NCBI GenBank assembly: GCA_963797555.1
Contig: CAWCPV010000005.1
Coordinates: 160,001 to 224,000, forward strand
Direction of reading: 5' to 3'
Length of the DNA: 64,000 bases
Origin: an uncultured Gammaproteobacteria bacterium
GTDB taxonomy: Bacteria; Pseudomonadota; Gammaproteobacteria; CAWCPV01
Shown here: positions 59,787 through 64,000 of the stretch, piece by piece
How the letters are laid out: each line of letters starts with the position of its first letter
Numbering within the stretch: the first letter of the stretch is position 1
Program-made: the position numbers and the translations under genes
Notes under the pieces: generated by a model
Seen by the model: the letters and a program-made list of their open reading frames with translations, nothing else
The model's database searches: none
Told to the model about the DNA's origin: nothing

Positions 59787-62700
59787 TCGCGCCGGGATAA
59801 GTTCGGTGCGTCTTGCAGGGTGAAAGTCCCCGTCGGGTAAGGGCTAGCCACCCGCCCGTATCGAGTCTTGCGTCTGTGGCGGAGCCGAGGGAGCGGCGAA
59901 CAAGACAGGCGAAGCGTAGACAGAGCATCCTGTAGGCCGTAGGGGTGACGCGCACCCTGAAGTGCTGGTACAGCTTCGAGATAGCTTGTTGCGGATGCCG
60001 AGGGTTTTAACGTGCCCGAAGGCCACACGAAGCAGCCGTGTTGGCGAGGCTGTGGAGGTCCGCCGGAGTCCTCAGGCCGCGGCATGCAGGACGAGATGCG
60101 TCAGAGAACCCGGGAGGCCCCAACGGCTCCTACCGGAGGGAAGCATGGGTGTATGGCATACCGTTATTGAGGCACGCAAGGGGAAACCCCGACACAGGGT
60201 TAGACGGGAGCCTAAGCGCGTATGTGGAAGTCCGGTGCAGGCAGGCGGAGGAGTACTGTCAAAGGGAAAGCCCGCCGCATGCCGTTGGGGAGTCTTATCA
60301 GGCGTAGTACTCTGAGCATGGGAGAGCCATGTACCTGGGGAAGGACCTGACGGAAGTACGTAGCCTGCACAGGCCCCTCGTGCCGGACGGAGTCGGGCCG
60401 GGTCCACACGAGCCAACCTTCTTGCGGGCGATAGCCACCAAGGCGCAAGCCTGTCAGCAACATCGGTTTCAGGACCTCTGCCGGTGCCTGGACGCCGAGT
60501 TCCTGCGGCACTGCTGGGGCGACCTCAACCAGGATGCGGCCAGTGGGGTGGACGGGGTGACGGCGGCCGAGTATGCGCAGGACCTGCATGCCAATATCCA
60601 GGCCCTGGCGGAGCGACTGAAGACCAAACGCTACCGTGCCCAGCGGGTACGGCGTGTCTATATTCCCAAGGAGAACGGAACTGAAAGGCCGTTAGGCATC
60701 CCGGCGCTGGAGGATAAGCTGGTACAGCTCGCCTGTGCCAAGCTGCTCGTCGCCATCTACGAGCAAGACTTCCTCGCATGCAGCTATGGGTACCGACCAG
60801 AACGTGGCGCATTGGATGCGGTGCGAGAGTTGACCTTTGACCTGCAGTACGGGGTCTATGGCTATGTGGTAGAAGCCGACGTCAAAGGTTTCTTCGATAA
60901 TCTCGACCACGACTGGCTGTTGGAGATGCTGCGGTTGCGCATCGACGACCGGGCCTTTTTGGGACTGATTCGTCAATGGCTGAAGGCCGGTATTCTGGAG
61001 ACCGACGGAGTGGTCATGCATCCCGAGACCGGCACGCCGCAGGGCGGCATTGTCTCGCCGGTGCTGGCGAACGTGTACCTGCACCATGTGCTGGACCTGT
61101 GGTTCGAGCGGGTGGTCAAGGCCCATTGTCGTGGTGAGGCACTGCTGTGCCGCTACGCCGATGATGGTGCGCCGCGAAGGCGCGAAGGGGTGCTTATGAA
61201 TTAGGCACACTGGAGCAGCCATGCTGCACAGGAGATGAGGGCAGGCCCCTCGGAGCCGCCGTGCAGGCGGAGGCTTCAAACCACCCACTGTTGCTGCGTT
61301 CAAGAGACGTGGTGGTGAGCGAGTGAGGAAACGGCAGGGCAGGACCCTGTCAGGTAAGGACCGAGCAGTCGAACGCAAGTGAACCGCTGATGACGTGTCG
61401 AAAGCTTGAGGCGCGACGTCGAAACCGGGGGGGAATCGTTACTCCGGGATGAGTCTGGGGGGCACCTGTCTACTGTCCAGACGGCGTCCGGCATGGAGGC
61501 GGCGAGAGTTCGGTCCAGGCTCTTGTGCGGAACGCGGGAACCTGTCACCCCGATGCCAAGGGAGAAACGCGAGTGGAAGCCCCACGAGCGTGAGAGTACC
61601 GATGCGGGGTACAGGGACGGAGCAACCCGTAGTAGTGATGAAGGTTCTGTAATGGGGCCGGAGCGAAGGGGTTGCCCTATCCGGCCTGAGACGGGGGAGC
61701 AACCAGTGATGGGAGGACTTCTTTGAATCGGGCCAAGCCATTTCCCATTAGCAAGCGTCAAGTGTGGGAAGCCTATCAACGGGTGAAAGCCAACCAGGGA
61801 GGGGCGGGCGTGGACGAGCAAAGCCTGGCTGAGTTTGCGGAGGAGCTGGAAGATAACCTCTACAAGCTCTGGAACCGGCTGGCGTCCGGGAGCTACATGC
61901 CCCCACCGGTCAAGCGCGTGGAGATCCCCAAGGCGGGCGGTGGAGTCCGGCCGCTGGGGGTGCCCACCGTAGCGGACCGGATCGCCCAGACGGTGGTCAA
62001 GCAGACCTTAGAGCCGGTGCTGGAGAGCCATTTTCATCCTGACTCCTACGGCTACCGGCCGGGCAAGTCGGCGTTGCAGGCGATTGGGCAGGCGCGCAAG
62101 CGCTGCTGGCGCTACGATTGGGTGGTTGACCTCGACATCAAGGGCTTCTTCGATAGCATCGACTGGAAGCTGCTGATGCGCGCGGTGCGCCACCACACTC
62201 AGGAGGCTTGGGTGCTGCTCTACATCGAGCGCTGGCTGTGCGCCCCGGTGCAGATGCTGGATGGGACGCTGCTCGCGAACCTGTTCCTGCACTGTGCCTT
62301 CGACGCGTGGATGCAGCGGCACTACCCGCACATCCCGTTCGAGCGCTACGCCGATGATGGTCTGTGCCACTGTCGAACCAAGGACGAGGCTGAACACCTC
62401 AAGGCCGCGCTCAAGCGGCGCTTTGCCGCGTGTGGGCTAGAGCTGCATCCGCAGAAGACCCGCATCGTCTATTGTCAGGATGACGACCGACGGGAGGCGT
62501 ATTCGGACACCGCCTTCGATTTCCTGGGGTACACGTTTCGTCCCCGGCGCTCGAAGAACCGGTGGGGTAAACCCTTCATCAACTTCACCCCGGCCATCAG
62601 CAACCCGGCCGCGAAGGCGATTCGCCAGCAGGTGAGGCGCTGGAAGTTGCATCTGCGCAGCGACAAGGACTTGGAGGGCTTGGCGCGGATGTTCAATGCG

Positions 62701-63360
62701 GTGATTCGCGGCTGGGTCAACTACTACAGCGCCTACTACAAGTCGGGGCTGTATCCGACCCTGAAGCATTTGGAGCGCAAGCTCATGCTGTGGGCGACGC
62801 GCAAGTTCAAGCGCTTGCGTGGCCACCGCCGGCGGGCGGCTCAATGGTTGGCGCGCGTGGCGCGTCGGCACCTCGGGCTGTTCGCCCATTGGCTGCTGCT
62901 CTATGGGCAGGCTGGATAGGAAGAGCCGGATGAGCGGAGACGTTCACGTCCGGTTCCGTGAGCGCCCAGGGGGGCGGTTCCCTTGGGCGACTCGACGGGT
63001 GTGCGCCTTCCGCTACCGGGACGATGCCGGGCGGTTCTACCGGGTGCTGCCGAAGCGGCTGGAAAAATTCGGCCTGCAAGTGGCGCCCGAGAAGACCCGG
63101 CTCTTACGCTTCAGCCGATTCCACCCGAGCAGGAAGCGACCCTTCACCTTCTTGGGGTTCGAGTTTCTACTGGATGCCTGACCGACAAGGTGTAGTGCGG
63201 GTGAAACGGCGCTCCGCCCGCAAGAAGTTGCTGGCGGCGTGCCGGCGCATCAAGACATGGATCAGGGACCACCGGCATCCGCCGGGGCGCGAGTTCTTTG
63301 CCGGCCTGAACCGCAGGCTGCGGGGGCACTACCACTACTATGGTGTTCGGGGCAACTCGG
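59787..63360 (+). mobile_element. Outer class-E-like group II intron of a twintron (RT 60329-61166 plus 62997-~63360), 3' end displaced by IS110
   Basis: 5' RNA with gggtgaaagtccc; EBS1/EBS2 pair with the upstream exon; RT SGVDG, GTPQGG, YADD resuming in frame as GVCAF..EKFGL..FLGF. Confidence 0.92.
61167..62996 (+). mobile_element. Inner class-D-like group II intron, complete RNA, RT 61723-62919 lacking the PQG motif
   Basis: GTGCG start; D5 gagccggatgagcggagacgttcacgtccggttc; D6 ending actcgAC. Confidence 0.95.
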
Positions 63361-64000
63361 CTAACCCTCCTGAGCAACCCAATCCCGCGCGCGGGCCAGG
63401 TGTTCTGGAAGAAACGCCGATGAGGTACAAGGTGAGCGGCAGCGCCGAGATGACCGACACGTCATGGGTGCGAGCCCGCGGCGTTAGCCGACGCCTTGGT
63501 GCGAGCTCGTCTCTGAGCATGGTCCGGGAATCGTCGGTGACATGGGTGAGCGGCGCGAGCCGCATCCCGTTTGAGAGATCGAGGCCGTTCCTCAACGATA
63601 GTGGAGCAGGCCATGGCGATGCGCAAGCGAGAAGAGGAGGTTTTTCCCAACGCGGCGGCGGTGGAGGTAGGGGCATCGAGTCACTGGGTGGCAGTGCCTG
63701 CGCATCGCAGCGATGCCCCGGTGCGCGAAGTCGCTACGATGACCGATGACCTCAACGCCCTGGCCGACTGGCTACTCGCCTGCGGGGTCGATGGGGTGGC
63801 GCTGGAGTCCACTGGGGGGTACTGGGTCCCGGTGTACGAGGTGTTGGAGAGCCGCGGCTTGAAGGTGTGGCGGGTTGATGCGCGGCAGGTGAAGTACGTG
63901 CCGGGGCGCAAGAGCGACGTGCAGGACTGCCAGTGGCTGCAAAAGCTCGTGAGCCATGGGCTGCTGCGCGCAGCGTTGCGACCCGCGGCTCACCGAGCAG
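63361..64000 (+). mobile_element. IS110-family element (non-coding end, transposase from 63613, runs off window)
   Basis: PNAAAVEVG, LESTGGYW, PGRKSDVQDCQWL. Confidence 0.9.

Noticed and set aside
28439-62919. RT genes as retron, DGR or CRISPR-associated RTs
   Set aside because: All have group II intron RT0-7/X features and flanking intron RNA. I saw no msr/msd, TR/VR pair or cas genes.

Overview
This is a GC-rich gammaproteobacterial chromosome segment spanning the replication origin region. Core genes, left to right: CcoI-like P1B ATPase (runs off the left edge), diheme cytochrome c4, a ba3-type (family B) oxidase operon, a divergent 7-heme cytochrome, PpiC, TlpA, an OmpA-OmpW fusion, hisBHAFI(E)-HIT-tatABC, coaBC-dut-algC-argB, gyrB-dnaN-dnaA (no recF; likely oriC between dnaA and dnaN; two parS sites), rpmH-rnpA-yidD-yidC-mnmE, tgpA-DUF58-moxR, a desaturase, and a sigma32 chaperone cluster (hsp20, cbpA/M, hsp20, degQ). 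Three zones (28.4-32.4, 41.9-54.6 and 59.8-64 kb) are nested piles of IS elements and group II introns. Main finding: two different class-D-like group II introns are inserted one nucleotide after the catalytic Y[A/I]DD codons of other introns' reverse transcriptases, and their EBS1 loops covary with those Asp-Asp codons, so these appear to be introns that home into another intron's active site. Also notable are an IS110 non-coding end whose internal loops match its own target and donor junctions (bridge-RNA-like) and an intron whose 5' end is UCGCG. Many single-base frameshifts in conserved genes look like long-read errors. All calls come from reading the sequence by eye; no searches were run.
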